From Candidatus Saccharimonadota bacterium (lineage in GTDB: Bacteria > Pseudomonadota > Gammaproteobacteria > Enterobacterales > Enterobacteriaceae), in the NCBI RefSeq assembly GCF_964059045.1, contig NZ_OZ060402.1, forward strand, positions 90,001 through 122,000: a stretch of 32,000 nucleotides of DNA. The letters are read 5' to 3'. Position numbers and translations under genes: made by a program. Positions 9,864-20,117 of the stretch are shown in pieces. The notes beneath the pieces are model-generated. The model was given only the letters and a program-made list of their open reading frames with translations, did not search any database and was not told the origin of the DNA. Each line of letters begins with the position of its first letter. The first letter of the stretch is position 1.

Positions 9864-10932
9864 TAACAAAAAAAAATTTTTATTTATTGATCGTGATGGA
9901 ACTTTGGTAAAAGAGCCTCAATTAGATTTTCAAATTGATTCAATAGAAAAAATTAGTTTTGAATTAGATGTTTTTTCATCTTTAATAAAATTGAAAAAAC
10001 TGGGTTATAGATTTATTATGGTTACTAATCAAGATGGTTTAGGTACATTGAATTTTTCATTTGAATCTTTTATGATACCTCATAATTTTATATTGAAAAT
10101 TTTTAAATCACAAGAAATATTTTTTGATCAAATATTCATTTGTCCACATTATTTAAAAGACAATTGTCAATGTAGAAAACCTAAATTAGGTTTATTAATG
10201 CCTTGGTTAAATATGATTGAATGGGATAAAGATAATAGTTATGTAATCGGTGATCGAAAAACAGATATGCAGTTGGCAGATAATTTAGGAATTGATGGTT
10301 TACAATATGAAAAACATCATTTAGGCTGGAAGCAAATTATCTCTACTATTATTACAAATAATAGACATGCAAAAATTTCTAGAGTAACACAAGAAACTAA
10401 TATTACGGTTGAAGTTTGGTTGAATAAGCAAGGTCAAAGTAATATTCAAACTGGTATTAACTTTTTTAATCATATGCTTGATCAAATATCAACGCATGGT
10501 GGTTTTTCTATGCATATTTTAGCAAAAGGAGATCTTCATATTGACGATCATCATACTATTGAAGATATTGGAATTGTATTAGGAGAAGCGTTATTAAAAG
10601 CTTTAGGTGATAAAATAGGTATTAATAGATTTGGATTTACATTACCGATGGATGAAAGTCTCAGTAGTTGCATTTTAGATATTTCCAATCGTCCATATTT
10701 TAAATTTATTGGAAAATTTAATTATCAAAAAGTAGGTGATTTTAGTACATCTATGGTGGAACATTTTTTCAGATCATTGTGTTATTCTATGCGTTGTACT
10801 ATACATTTAACAGCTGATGGTTCTAATGATCATCATATAATAGAAAGTTTGTTTAAAGTGTTTGGAAGAACATTAAGACAAGCCATTCAACTTAATGGAA
10901 ATATATTACCAAGTTCTAAAGGAATATTATAG
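9850..10932 (+). CDS. hisB: Bifunctional histidinol-phosphatase / imidazoleglycerol-phosphate dehydratase
   Basis: 360-aa ORF. The N-terminal HAD phosphatase has FIDRDGT, NQDG(L)GT and CxCRKP. The C-terminal IGPD has FF.HMLDQI..HGGF, GDL.IDDHHT.ED.G..LGEA and NDHH..ESLFK.FGR.LRQA. It is collinear with E. coli HisB and overlaps the hisC end by 14 nt. Confidence 0.98.
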   Translation: MINHNNKKKFLFIDRDGTLVKEPQLDFQIDSIEKISFELDVFSSLIKLKKLGYRFIMVTNQDGLGTLNFSFESFMIPHNFILKIFKSQEIFFDQIFICPHYLKDNCQCRKPKLGLLMPWLNMIEWDKDNSYVIGDRKTDMQLADNLGIDGLQYEKHHLGWKQIISTIITNNRHAKISRVTQETNITVEVWLNKQGQSNIQTGINFFNHMLDQISTHGGFSMHILAKGDLHIDDHHTIEDIGIVLGEALLKALGDKIGINRFGFTLPMDESLSSCILDISNRPYFKFIGKFNYQKVGDFSTSMVEHFFRSLCYSMRCTIHLTADGSNDHHIIESLFKVFGRTLRQAIQLNGNILPSSKGIL

Positions 10933-11523
10933 ATGAAAATTGTGATATTAAATACAGGATGTTCTAATTTGCTATCGGTTAAATTAGCTATTCATCGATT
11001 AGGTTATGATGTTAAAATTAGTTGTGATAAAAAACAAATTTATAATTCTGATAAAGTTATTTTCCCTGGTGTAGGTAGTATTGCTTCTGTTATGTATCAA
11101 TTAAATCGTAAATTTTTATTTAATGTTATCAAAAAAATTCAACAACCTTTTTTAGGAATTTGTCTTGGCATGCAAGCATTGAGCATGTTTAGTGAAGAAT
11201 CAGGTGGTGTAAATGCATTAAATATTATTCCTGAAAATGTATTATTACTAAAAGATAATCGCTTAGTCTTGCCCCATTCAGGATGGAATAAAGTTAATTT
11301 TTCTATTGATAATCCTTTATTTAAGAATATTACCAATGGTGATTATTTTTATTTTTTACATAGTTATGCAATGCCATTAAATGATTATACTATTGCTAGT
11401 TCTGTATATGGTATAAATTTCTCATCAGCAATTCAAAAAGATAATTTTTTTGGTGTACAATTCCATCCAGAAAAATCAGGTATTGCTGGTCAAAAAATAT
11501 TAAAAAATTTTTTATGTATTTAA
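10933..11523 (+). CDS. hisH: Imidazole glycerol phosphate synthase, glutamine amidotransferase subunit
   Basis: 196-aa ORF. The ATG directly abuts the hisB TAG. Class-I GATase catalytic context GICLGMQ and C-terminal FHPEKSG are present. Confidence 0.97.
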   Translation: MKIVILNTGCSNLLSVKLAIHRLGYDVKISCDKKQIYNSDKVIFPGVGSIASVMYQLNRKFLFNVIKKIQQPFLGICLGMQALSMFSEESGGVNALNIIPENVLLLKDNRLVLPHSGWNKVNFSIDNPLFKNITNGDYFYFLHSYAMPLNDYTIASSVYGINFSSAIQKDNFFGVQFHPEKSGIAGQKILKNFLCI

Positions 11524-11536
11524 GAGATATAAACAT

Positions 11537-12280
11537 ATGATTATTCCATCTTTAGATTTAATTCAAGGTCAGATAGTTCGTTTGTATCAAGGTAATTATG
11601 ATAAACAACTTAATTATCCTTATTCTATTGAAGAATGTTTATACAAATATAGTGATGCAGGAGTTAATACAGTTCATATAGTTGATTTAGATGGAGCTCA
11701 AGATCCTAATAATAAACAATATCATTTATTACAAAGAATATTATCTAAAATTGATCTTAATATTCAATTTGGAGGTGGTGTTCGGACAGATCAAGATATT
11801 GAAAATTTATTATCATATGGTGTAAAAAAAATTGTCATTGGATCGTTAGCAATAAATAATAAAAAACTAGTTTCAAAGTGGTTATCTAAATATGGTTCAG
11901 AATCAATTATAATTGCATTAGATATTAAAGTAACAAGAAAAAAAGAAATTTTTATTAATGGCTGGAAGAAAAACACTGGTTTGTTTTTAGAAGATATTTT
12001 GGAATATTATATTTCGAAGGGTTTAAAACAAGTTTTATGTACTGATATATCTAAAGATGGTACATTAAAAGGTAGTAATATTCAATTATATCAAGAAATA
12101 TGTAACATATTTTCAAATATTTGTTTTCAATCCTCTGGAGGTATAGGATCATTAAATGATATTTATCATTTAAAAAAGACAGGTGTTAAAGATATAATTA
12201 TTGGACGAGCTTTATTAGAAAAAAATTTTACTATTTCGGAGGCTTTAACATGTTGGCAAAAAGAATTATACCTTGTTTAG
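11537..12280 (+). CDS. hisA: ProFAR isomerase (1-(5-phosphoribosyl)-5-[(5-phosphoribosylamino)methylideneamino]imidazole-4-carboxamide isomerase)
   Basis: 247-aa ORF. MIIPS(A)LDLI.G.VVRL.QG, VDL.GA and GGG(V/I)R motifs, and C-terminal GRALLE..FT..EA..CWQ as in E. coli HisA. Confidence 0.97.
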   Translation: MIIPSLDLIQGQIVRLYQGNYDKQLNYPYSIEECLYKYSDAGVNTVHIVDLDGAQDPNNKQYHLLQRILSKIDLNIQFGGGVRTDQDIENLLSYGVKKIVIGSLAINNKKLVSKWLSKYGSESIIIALDIKVTRKKEIFINGWKKNTGLFLEDILEYYISKGLKQVLCTDISKDGTLKGSNIQLYQEICNIFSNICFQSSGGIGSLNDIYHLKKTGVKDIIIGRALLEKNFTISEALTCWQKELYLV

Positions 12281-13029
12281 ATGTTAAAGATGGAATAGTA
12301 GTAAAAGGCATTCAATTCAAAAATCATGAGATTATTGGTAGTATTTTACCATTAGTAAAACGTTATTTAACAGAAGGAGCTGATGAATTAGTATTTTATG
12401 ATATTGCTGCATCAGTAAAAAATGAATTAGTAGATAAACAATGGATTTCTGATATAGCTGAATTTATTGATATTCCTTTTTGTGTGTCCGGTGGTATTAA
12501 GACAATAGATGATGTAAAAATGATACTTTCTTTTGGTGCAGATAAAATTTCTATTAATTCTCCAGCTCTTTCTGATCCTAATTTAATTTCTCGAATTGCA
12601 GATAAATTTGGTGTTCAATGTTTAGTCGTTGGTATTGATTCGTGGTTTGATAAGTATGATAATACTTACAAAGTTTATCAATATACTGGAGATAGCAAAA
12701 AAATATTAAAAACTTCTTGGAATACAATGGAATGGGTCACACAAGTACAAAAACTTGGAGCTGGTGAAATTGTTTTAAATGTTATGAATCATGATGGTTT
12801 ATGTAGTGGTTATGATTTATTACAATTAAAAAAAATTAGAAAAATATGTAAAATACCTTTAATTGCTTCCGGTGGAGCTGGTTCTATGTCTGATTTTTAT
12901 GATGTTTTTCATACTGCTGGTGTAGATGGAGCTTTAGCAGCAACAGTCTTTCATAAAGAAATTATTAATATAAAAAAATTAAAAAGTTTTTTAATTAATA
13001 ATGGATTGGAGATTAGAAAATGTTATTAG
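12250..13029 (+). CDS. hisF: Imidazole glycerol phosphate synthase, cyclase subunit
   Basis: 259-aa ORF. The first 11 residues, [11 protein letters not shown], are identical to E. coli HisF. ISINSPAL and LIASGGAG are conserved. It overlaps the hisA 3' end by 31 nt. Confidence 0.98.
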   Translation: MLAKRIIPCLDVKDGIVVKGIQFKNHEIIGSILPLVKRYLTEGADELVFYDIAASVKNELVDKQWISDIAEFIDIPFCVSGGIKTIDDVKMILSFGADKISINSPALSDPNLISRIADKFGVQCLVVGIDSWFDKYDNTYKVYQYTGDSKKILKTSWNTMEWVTQVQKLGAGEIVLNVMNHDGLCSGYDLLQLKKIRKICKIPLIASGGAGSMSDFYDVFHTAGVDGALAATVFHKEIINIKKLKSFLINNGLEIRKCY

Positions 13030-13652
13030 ATGTTGCTATATCTAAATTAGATTGGGATAAAACTAGTGGGTTAATACCTGTTATAGTACAAAATTATATT
13101 TCCGGTGAAGTGTTAATGCATGGTTATATGAATTTATTGGCTTTGCGACAAACTATAAAAGAAAAATTAGTTACTTTTTACTCTAGAACTAAAAAACGTT
13201 TATGGACTAAAGGAGAAAAATCTAATAATACTTTATTAGTAATAGATATTAAAATAGATTGTGATCATGATACTATATTGTTGTTAGTAAATCCAAAAGG
13301 TAATACATGTCATTTAGATCAAAATAGTTGTTTTTCAGATTCTCATAAATTACCGTTTTTATTTTTATTTTATTTAGAAAAATTAATTAATGAAAAAAAA
13401 ATTTTAAGAAATATCAATTCTTATACTAGTCAATTATTTACTAGTGGTACAAAACGTATTGCTCAAAAAGTATCTGAAGAAGCTATTGAGTTATCTTTGG
13501 CTTCAGTAACAAATAATAAAAATGAGTTAATTGATGAAGCATCTGATTTAATTTATCATATGTTAGTTTTATTAAATGATCACAATATAAATTTTCATAC
13601 TATTATTAACAATTTAAAACAACGTCATTTAAAAAAAATCATTGATAATTAA
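13020..13652 (+). CDS. hisI: Bifunctional phosphoribosyl-AMP cyclohydrolase / phosphoribosyl-ATP pyrophosphatase
   Basis: 210-aa ORF collinear with E. coli HisIE (LDW.KT.GL.PVIVQ...[59 protein letters not shown]). It overlaps hisF by 10 nt. Confidence 0.97.
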   Translation: MLLDVAISKLDWDKTSGLIPVIVQNYISGEVLMHGYMNLLALRQTIKEKLVTFYSRTKKRLWTKGEKSNNTLLVIDIKIDCDHDTILLLVNPKGNTCHLDQNSCFSDSHKLPFLFLFYLEKLINEKKILRNINSYTSQLFTSGTKRIAQKVSEEAIELSLASVTNNKNELIDEASDLIYHMLVLLNDHNINFHTIINNLKQRHLKKIIDN

Positions 13653-14043
13653 AATATTTTTAATTAACTATATGTAAGAGTTTATTATTGCAATAAGACA
13701 ATTGATTCATAGACATGATTAATTGTTTTTAAATATGTGTTTATTTTTATTTTTATATGTTTTTTATATAATAGTTTTATTTGATATAATTAAAATTGAT
13801 TTTTTATATAATTAATCATATTAGTTATTATTGGTTTTTGTTTTTAATTATTAATAAATATTAACTAGATATTGAATTATATAATTAATATAATATATAT
13901 TAATATAAATTATAAGAATTATTTCATATATAATTATATTTATTAATAATAACATGATCTTTTTTTTAATAAAATATTTTTTAAAATAGTTTTTTATAAT
14001 TCAAAAAATAGATAATTTTTTATCTATTTTGGGAGAGATTTAA

Positions 14044-15459
14044 ATGATTGAAAAGCAACAAATTGGTGTAGTAGGTATGGCTGTTATGGGACGTAATTTA
14101 GCATTAAATATTTCTAATTGTAATTATCAAGTTTCTATTTTTAATCGTTCTAGAAAAAAAACAGAAGAAGTAATATCTAAATATTCTAAAAAAAAATTAT
14201 TCCCATATTTTACCATTAAAGATTTTATCAATTCTTTAGAAAAACCTAGACTAATTTTATTAATGATTCAAGCTGGCGAATCAACTGATCAAATGATTTC
14301 ATCAATTATTCCTTATTTAAGTAGAGGTGATGTTTTAATTGATGGTGGTAATGCATTTTATAAAGATACTATTCGTCGTTATCATGAATTATATAAATAT
14401 GGATTTTATTTTATTGGAACAGGTGTATCTGGTGGTGAAGAAGGTGCTTTAAAAGGTCCAGCTATCATGCCTAGTGGATCTCAAGAATCATATAATCTTA
14501 TTGCTCCTATTTTTAATCGTATTGCAGCAAAGGCTGAAGGGGAGCCATGTGTAAGTTATATTGGTCCTGATGGATCTGGACATTATGTTAAAATGGTTCA
14601 TAATGGTATAGAATATAGTGATATGCAATTAATATCTGAATCATATGTATTATTAAAATATATTATGAATATGAATAATCAAGATTTATCTCATATTTTT
14701 TCAGAATGGAATAAAGGTGAATTAAATAGTTATTTAATTGAAATTACAAAAAATATTTTTATGTTTAAAGACGACAATGGAAAATATTTAATTGATTTGA
14801 TTTCAGATGAAGCGGATAACAAGGGTACAGGAACATGGACTAGTCAAAGTGCGTTAGAATTAAATGAACCATTATCTTTAATTACGGAATCAGTGTTTTT
14901 TCGTTATCTTTCTTCTTTGCAGTCTCAACGGATTAAAGCTTCTAATTTATTATCTGGGCCAAAATTTTCATCTAATTTTATAAATAATACAGATTTTATT
15001 GAAAACATTAGAAGAGCACTTTATTTAGGGAAAATTATTTCTTATGCACAAGGTTTTTCCCAATTAACTGCAGCATCAAATAAATATAATTGGAATTTAA
15101 AATATCATGAAATAGCTAAAATATTTCGATCTGGATGTATTATTAGAGCAAAATTTTTATATAAAATTATTGAATCTTATTTATTAGATTATAAAATTGA
15201 TAATTTATTATTAACGCCTTATTTTCAAAAAATTGCTAATGAATATCATAGTTCTTTAAGATTAGTTGTATCCCAAGCAGTATTACATGGTATTCCTGTT
15301 CCAACTTTATCAGCTGCGATTGCTTATTATGATAGTTATCGAAATGCTTTTTTATCTACAAATTTAATTCAAGCTCAAAGAGATTATTTTGGTGCACATA
15401 CTTATAAAAGAATTGACATGCCAGGTAATCATCATACTAATTGGAATGTTAAAAAATAG
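14044..15459 (+). CDS. gnd: 6-phosphogluconate dehydrogenase (decarboxylating)
   Basis: 471-aa [60 protein letters not shown] and [15 protein letters not shown] are near-identical to E. coli Gnd. GGGAGAG Shine-Dalgarno lies at 14031-14037. Confidence 0.98.
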   Translation: MIEKQQIGVVGMAVMGRNLALNISNCNYQVSIFNRSRKKTEEVISKYSKKKLFPYFTIKDFINSLEKPRLILLMIQAGESTDQMISSIIPYLSRGDVLIDGGNAFYKDTIRRYHELYKYGFYFIGTGVSGGEEGALKGPAIMPSGSQESYNLIAPIFNRIAAKAEGEPCVSYIGPDGSGHYVKMVHNGIEYSDMQLISESYVLLKYIMNMNNQDLSHIFSEWNKGELNSYLIEITKNIFMFKDDNGKYLIDLISDEADNKGTGTWTSQSALELNEPLSLITESVFFRYLSSLQSQRIKASNLLSGPKFSSNFINNTDFIENIRRALYLGKIISYAQGFSQLTAASNKYNWNLKYHEIAKIFRSGCIIRAKFLYKIIESYLLDYKIDNLLLTPYFQKIANEYHSSLRLVVSQAVLHGIPVPTLSAAIAYYDSYRNAFLSTNLIQAQRDYFGAHTYKRIDMPGNHHTNWNVKK

Positions 15460-15566
15460 TATATAATTTATTTTTTAATTCTATTTTTGAATATATTTAT
15501 ATATTCACTCATATTTTTAATTAATGATAATTTTATAAATGATATATTTTATATATTAATACTAAT

Positions 15567-15596
15567 AGAGATGCTGTTTGGCATCTCTTTTTTTTT
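15567..15596 (+). terminator. Rho-independent terminator of gnd
   Basis: Perfect 8-bp stem agagatgc(15567-15574)/gcatctct(15581-15588) with loop tgtttg, followed immediately by a run of eight T (15589-15596). It lies 108 nt after the gnd stop. This is the most canonical terminator in the window. Confidence 0.8.
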
Positions 15597-15864
15597 GATA
15601 ATTCATTTTGATATTATCATATGTTACAAATTTTATTTATGTATTTTTTTAGAATGGAATTGAAAAATAATATATTTTAATTTTTAATTTATAGTATATA
15701 ACATACAAATTTAATTATTTAAATTTATTTTTATGTTATATATATGCAATTAGTATATTTTTTTTTTATATTTTATATTATATTTAAAATATATTTAATA
15801 TATATAATATAATCTTTATTATATATAGTTCTATATAATTAAATTATTGATTTAGGTATAATAT

Positions 15865-16437
15865 ATGCGTTTATCCGATAAAGATATCGAAAAATGGTTA
15901 GATAGTGGATTATTAAAAATACATCCTGAACCAGAAAAAAAATTGATTAATGGAGCAACAGTAGATATTAAATTAGGTAATAAATTTAGAATTTTTCAAA
16001 AAAATAAAATTAATTTTATTGATTTAAGTAGTACAAAGGAAGTAATGAATAATATTTTAGACACAGTAATGAGTCCTGAAATAATTTTATCTAAAAATGA
16101 TTATTTTTTTTTAAAACCGAGCAGTTTTGCGCTTGCAGTAACAGAAGAAAAAATTATTTTACCAAATAATTTAATTGGTTGGTTGGATGGACGATCTTCT
16201 TTAGCACGTTTAGGATTAATGGTTCATGCTACATCTCATAGAATTGACCCAGGTTGGGTAGGTAAAATAGTATTAGAATTTTTTAATTCAGGTAAAATTA
16301 CATTAGCATTAAAACCTGGAATGTTAATTGGTGCTATTAGTTTTGAAATACTTTCTAGTTTTTCTATTCGTCCTTACAATATTCGATCAGGAACAAAATA
16401 TTTAAATCAAAGTAGTGTTATTCAAATTAAAAATTAG
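15865..16437 (+). CDS. dcd: dCTP deaminase
   Basis: 190-aa ORF collinear with E. coli Dcd (MRL.D.DIE.WLD, INGATVD.(K/R)[54 protein letters not shown]). Confidence 0.97.
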   Translation: MRLSDKDIEKWLDSGLLKIHPEPEKKLINGATVDIKLGNKFRIFQKNKINFIDLSSTKEVMNNILDTVMSPEIILSKNDYFFLKPSSFALAVTEEKIILPNNLIGWLDGRSSLARLGLMVHATSHRIDPGWVGKIVLEFFNSGKITLALKPGMLIGAISFEILSSFSIRPYNIRSGTKYLNQSSVIQIKN

Positions 16438-16644
16438 TCAAGATAATTAATATTTTTATTATTTATAATAATTTTGATGCCATTTTTATAGCATCTATAA
16501 TGTATTATTAATATATATCATTTAATAAAATATTTTATTAAAAAAAGATTTTCTAAGAGTTTTTTAGCATTTTATATTATCATTTTTTATTTTTAATTGA
16601 ATTGAATAATGCACTTTTTTGATATCATATATAGGAATTATAAT

Positions 16645-18279
16645 ATGTCTTTTTCAAAAAAAAAAATGTTAGTTACTTGTGCTTTTCCTTATGCGAATGG
16701 TTCGATTCACATAGGTCATTTATTAGAACAAATTCAAGCAGATATTTGGGTTCGTTATCAAAGATTAAGAGGACATATTGTTTGGTTTATATGTGCAGAT
16801 GATGCTCATGGTACAGCTATTATGATTAAAGCAAAGAATTCTGGATTATCATCTGAAAACATAATTAATGCAACATTACTAGAGCATATTAATGATTTTA
16901 AATCTTTTAATATTTCTCATGATAATTATCATACGACACATTCTTCTGAAAATTTATATTTTTTAAAAAAATTTTTCAAAATTCTAAATAAAAAAAAATT
17001 AATTAATGAAAAAAATATTATTCAATTATATGATCCTGTCGAAAAAATGTTTTTACCTGATCGGTTAATTCAAGGTCAATGTCCGATATGTAATAAACAT
17101 GATCAATATGGAGATAATTGTGAACAATGTGGATCTATTTATGATTCTTTGGAGTTAATTAATCCTATTTCTATGTTATCTAAAACTAAACCTGTTTTGC
17201 GTAATTCAAACCATTTGTTTTTTAATTTACCTTATTTTCAAGATCAATTAAAAAATTGGATTGATTCTGGTGTTTTGCAAAAACCAGTGATGAATAAATC
17301 TAAAGAATGGTTTAAAAAAGGATTAAAAAAATGGAATATTTCTCGTGATGCTCCTTATTTTGGATTTAAAATACCAAGTTACGAAGATAAATTTTTTTAT
17401 GTTTGGCTAGATGCTCCAATTGGTTATATTAGTACATTTAAAAATCTTTGTGTTAAAAATAAAAATATATGTTTTGATGATTTTTGGAAAAAAGACACAG
17501 AGACTTTACTCTATCATTTTATTGGTAAAGATATAATTTATTTTCATTGTTTATTTTGGCCAGCCATACTAGATGCTTTAGAATTTAGGAAACCAACAAA
17601 AATATTTGTTCATGGTTATGTGACTATGAAAGGATTAAAATTATCTAAATCAAAAAATTCTACTATTTTAGCTAAAGATTGGATAAGATATTTGGATTCT
17701 GATACTTTAAGATATTATTATGCATCTAAATTATCGAATAAAATAGATGATATTGAGATCAATTTAGAAGAAGTTGTTATTAAAGTTAATTCTGATATTG
17801 TCAATAAAGTTATAAACCTAGCATCTAGAACAGCTAAAATAATTAATAAATATTTTAGTAATAAATTATCAGATGTTTTAGATGATGATAATTTACATTC
17901 ATTTTTTTTAAATTGTTCGATTGAAATTGAATTATTTTTAGAAAATAGAGAATATAGTGAAGCTATTCGTAAAATTATGAATTTAGCTGACATAGGTAAT
18001 AAATATATTAATTCTCGTGCTCCTTGGATGATTTTAAAGCGTAAAGGTATAGTCAAAGAAGTTCAAGATGTTTGTTCTATGGGTATTCATCTATTTAGAA
18101 TATTAATGATTTGGCTAAAACCTATTGTACCAGTTTTAGCAATTAAAACAGAGTTATTGCTTCGAAGTAAGTTATCTTGGCATATGATGCATTCTCCTTT
18201 ATTATCACATGAAATAAATACATTTAAAAAATTATTTAAAAGATTAGATATTAATTTAATTAAAAATTTATTAATTTAA
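16645..18279 (+). CDS. metG: Methionine--tRNA ligase (short form lacking the C-terminal tRNA-binding/dimerisation domain)
   Basis: Aligns with E. coli MetRS from KK(I/M)LVTCA.PYANGSIH.GH (HIGH), through the zinc knuckles CP.C....QYGDNCE.CG, to the KMSKS equivalent KLSKS. I prefer the ATG at 16645 (AGGA at 16633-16636, N-terminus length matches E. coli) over the tracked ATG at 16609. The ORF ends at about E. coli residue 545-550. Confidence 0.95.
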   Translation: MSFSKKKMLVTCAFPYANGSIHIGHLLEQIQADIWVRYQRLRGHIVWFICADDAHGTAIMIKAKNSGLSSENIINATLLEHINDFKSFNISHDNYHTTHSSENLYFLKKFFKILNKKKLINEKNIIQLYDPVEKMFLPDRLIQGQCPICNKHDQYGDNCEQCGSIYDSLELINPISMLSKTKPVLRNSNHLFFNLPYFQDQLKNWIDSGVLQKPVMNKSKEWFKKGLKKWNISRDAPYFGFKIPSYEDKFFYVWLDAPIGYISTFKNLCVKNKNICFDDFWKKDTETLLYHFIGKDIIYFHCLFWPAILDALEFRKPTKIFVHGYVTMKGLKLSKSKNSTILAKDWIRYLDSDTLRYYYASKLSNKIDDIEINLEEVVIKVNSDIVNKVINLASRTAKIINKYFSNKLSDVLDDDNLHSFFLNCSIEIELFLENREYSEAIRKIMNLADIGNKYINSRAPWMILKRKGIVKEVQDVCSMGIHLFRILMIWLKPIVPVLAIKTELLLRSKLSWHMMHSPLLSHEINTFKKLFKRLDINLIKNLLI

Positions 18280-18341
18280 TATTTTTATTTCAAGATATTG
18301 GAAAAAGGTTTAGTAATATTTGTATATGATTAATGATTCTA

Positions 18342-19649
18342 TTATTTTTTAATGTAGTTTTCCCAAGATATATTCCATGTTTGTCTTTTTTTTAAATTGT
18401 GATCTTGATTAATGAAATATCCTAAAGCTGTAATAAAAAAATTATTATAATATATTAATGGAATTTTTTTTCTTTCCCAAATAGGTATTCCTATGTTTTG
18501 CCATAATTTTTTTATCATTTTTGTTTTATTATTGATTTTAATTTTTGTTTTAGATTCTATTTTAAAACGAATATTAATAATCTCTTTTAAATTTGGTTTA
18601 GGTAAGTTATTGCCATATTTATTTTTTCTCAACATTCCTATTTTATTGGGTAAAATTAAAGGTTTATGGTGATTTTTCCAAAATAAAATTAAATTATTTA
18701 TTTTATTTTGAATAATAATGAGGTAAAGATGGTTTCTATAACGACGAATTTCATATTTTTGAAATTGTATACAAGCGTTATCATGATTATTGATTGAAAT
18801 AATTTTTTTATATATGTTATTAGTATTTTGATAAGATGGTACTTCTTGTTTATGGAATTTGATCCAATGTCTTAAAATTAAGTTAATCATGGTTGTATTA
18901 TATTGATTTAAATTATTAATACTTAATGAACCGTTTGAACTTAAACAATTATTGAACTTTTTGATTGTAAATTCGTTAAGTATTTTTTTTTCATTATTAC
19001 ATAATTGAATACTACGGTTTAAATTTTTTATAAAAAATGGCCATTTTTTTTCTATTTTTGGTATAATTATTTCTCTTAAAAAATTTCTATCAAATTTTAT
19101 ATTTTTATTATTTGGATCAGATAACCAATTTAATTTATTTTCATATGCCCAATGAAGTATGGCTTGTTTATTGATCATTAATAATGGTCTACAATGTATA
19201 TTATTTCCAATATTTTTTTTATATGGCATGCAAGATAGTCCTGTTGGTCCACTACCTCTTTTTAGAGCTAAAAAAAAAGTTTCACATTGGTCATTTAAAT
19301 GATGTGCTGTTAACAAAATTTCTTTTTGTTTTAAGTGTTTTTTAATTATTGTATAACGAGCATTTCTTAAATCGGCTTCAATTCCATAAATATTTTTTTT
19401 TAAATATGGAATATTATCAATCACGATATCAATATCATAATTTTTACAAATTTTTTGACAAAAAATACTCCATTGGTCGGATTTAGGATGCATATTGTGA
19501 TTGATGTGTATAGTGCGGAATTCTATTGATGTATATTCGTTTTTTAATTTAATTAGCTGATGAAATAGTACAGTAGAATCTAATCCTCCACTATATGCTA
19601 ACATAAATTTAGCTGTTTTACTGAATAAGTGGATCAGATTTTTAATCAA
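18342..19649 (-). CDS. tilS: tRNA(Ile)-lysidine synthase
   Basis: 435-aa ORF with the N-terminal PP-loop (L)AYSGGLDSTVL, HH.NDQ.ETF.LAL.RGSGP.GL and DRNF(L)R as in E. coli TilS/MesJ (432 aa). Confidence 0.93.
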   Translation of the reverse strand: MIKNLIHLFSKTAKFMLAYSGGLDSTVLFHQLIKLKNEYTSIEFRTIHINHNMHPKSDQWSIFCQKICKNYDIDIVIDNIPYLKKNIYGIEADLRNARYTIIKKHLKQKEILLTAHHLNDQCETFFLALKRGSGPTGLSCMPYKKNIGNNIHCRPLLMINKQAILHWAYENKLNWLSDPNNKNIKFDRNFLREIIIPKIEKKWPFFIKNLNRSIQLCNNEKKILNEFTIKKFNNCLSSNGSLSINNLNQYNTTMINLILRHWIKFHKQEVPSYQNTNNIYKKIISINNHDNACIQFQKYEIRRYRNHLYLIIIQNKINNLILFWKNHHKPLILPNKIGMLRKNKYGNNLPKPNLKEIINIRFKIESKTKIKINNKTKMIKKLWQNIGIPIWERKKIPLIYYNNFFITALGYFINQDHNLKKRQTWNISWENYIKK

Positions 19650-19737
19650 TTTTTATACCATTTAATATTTGTTAACAATTAAATTTCAAAGATTTATTGA
19701 AGTACATAAGTATTTTTTAAAATTATATTTATTTTTT

Positions 19738-19811
19738 TACGTTCGAGTGGACTTGAACCACTGACCTCCATCATGTCATGATGGGACTCTAACCATCTGA
19801 GCTACGAACGT
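19738..19811 (-). tRNA. tRNA-Val (anticodon GAC)
   Basis: The minus strand reads ACGTTCG TA GCTC AGATGGTTA GAGT C CCATC ATGACAT GATGG AGGTC AGTGG TTCAAGT CCACT CGAACGT A. This gives a 7-bp acceptor stem, 4-bp D stem, 5-bp anticodon stem with loop AT-GAC-AT, a 5-nt variable loop, a T arm with TTCAAGT, and discriminator A. It is close to E. coli tRNA-Val(GAC). No CCA is encoded (the next bases are AAAAAA). Confidence 0.93.
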
Positions 19812-20117
19812 TTATATATAGAGATGATTTATATTATAATATATTATTTTTTTTTTTATCAACAATTATTTTTTAATTTTTATAAAAATAATAATTTATT
19901 TTTTTTTGATTGTATATTTTTAATAAAAAATATTATTTAAGTATTTATTTACATATCTTTTTATAAAAAAAAATATTTTTATTAATCATTGTGATATGAT
20001 TAAAAATAAAATTATATTTTTATTTATAATTAAAAATATTTTTATAATTAGATAAGGATTGTAAATTTATATTTTAATATATTCATTATAACTTTAATTT
20101 TAAATTAGGAACTTCGA

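Noticed and set aside
16478-16500. Possible dcd terminator, gatgc(16479-16483)...gcatc(16494-16498)
   Set aside because: It has only a 5-bp stem with a 10-nt loop and no following U-tract, which is too weak to call.
16609-16644. Upstream extensions of tracked ORFs: metG 16609, dapA 3101, rsxC 22264, rsxG 25021, tyrS 27109 (TTG), ydiK 29220 (TTG)
   Set aside because: In each case homology to the E. coli N-terminus begins at a downstream ATG that also has a better Shine-Dalgarno sequence or spacing, or that avoids overlap with the preceding gene. The rsxC case remains genuinely uncertain.
17718-18056. 112-aa minus-strand ORF inside metG
   Set aside because: It lies antisense to a strongly conserved region of metG and shows no recognisable motifs. 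Long shadow ORFs are expected opposite stop-poor coding frames.
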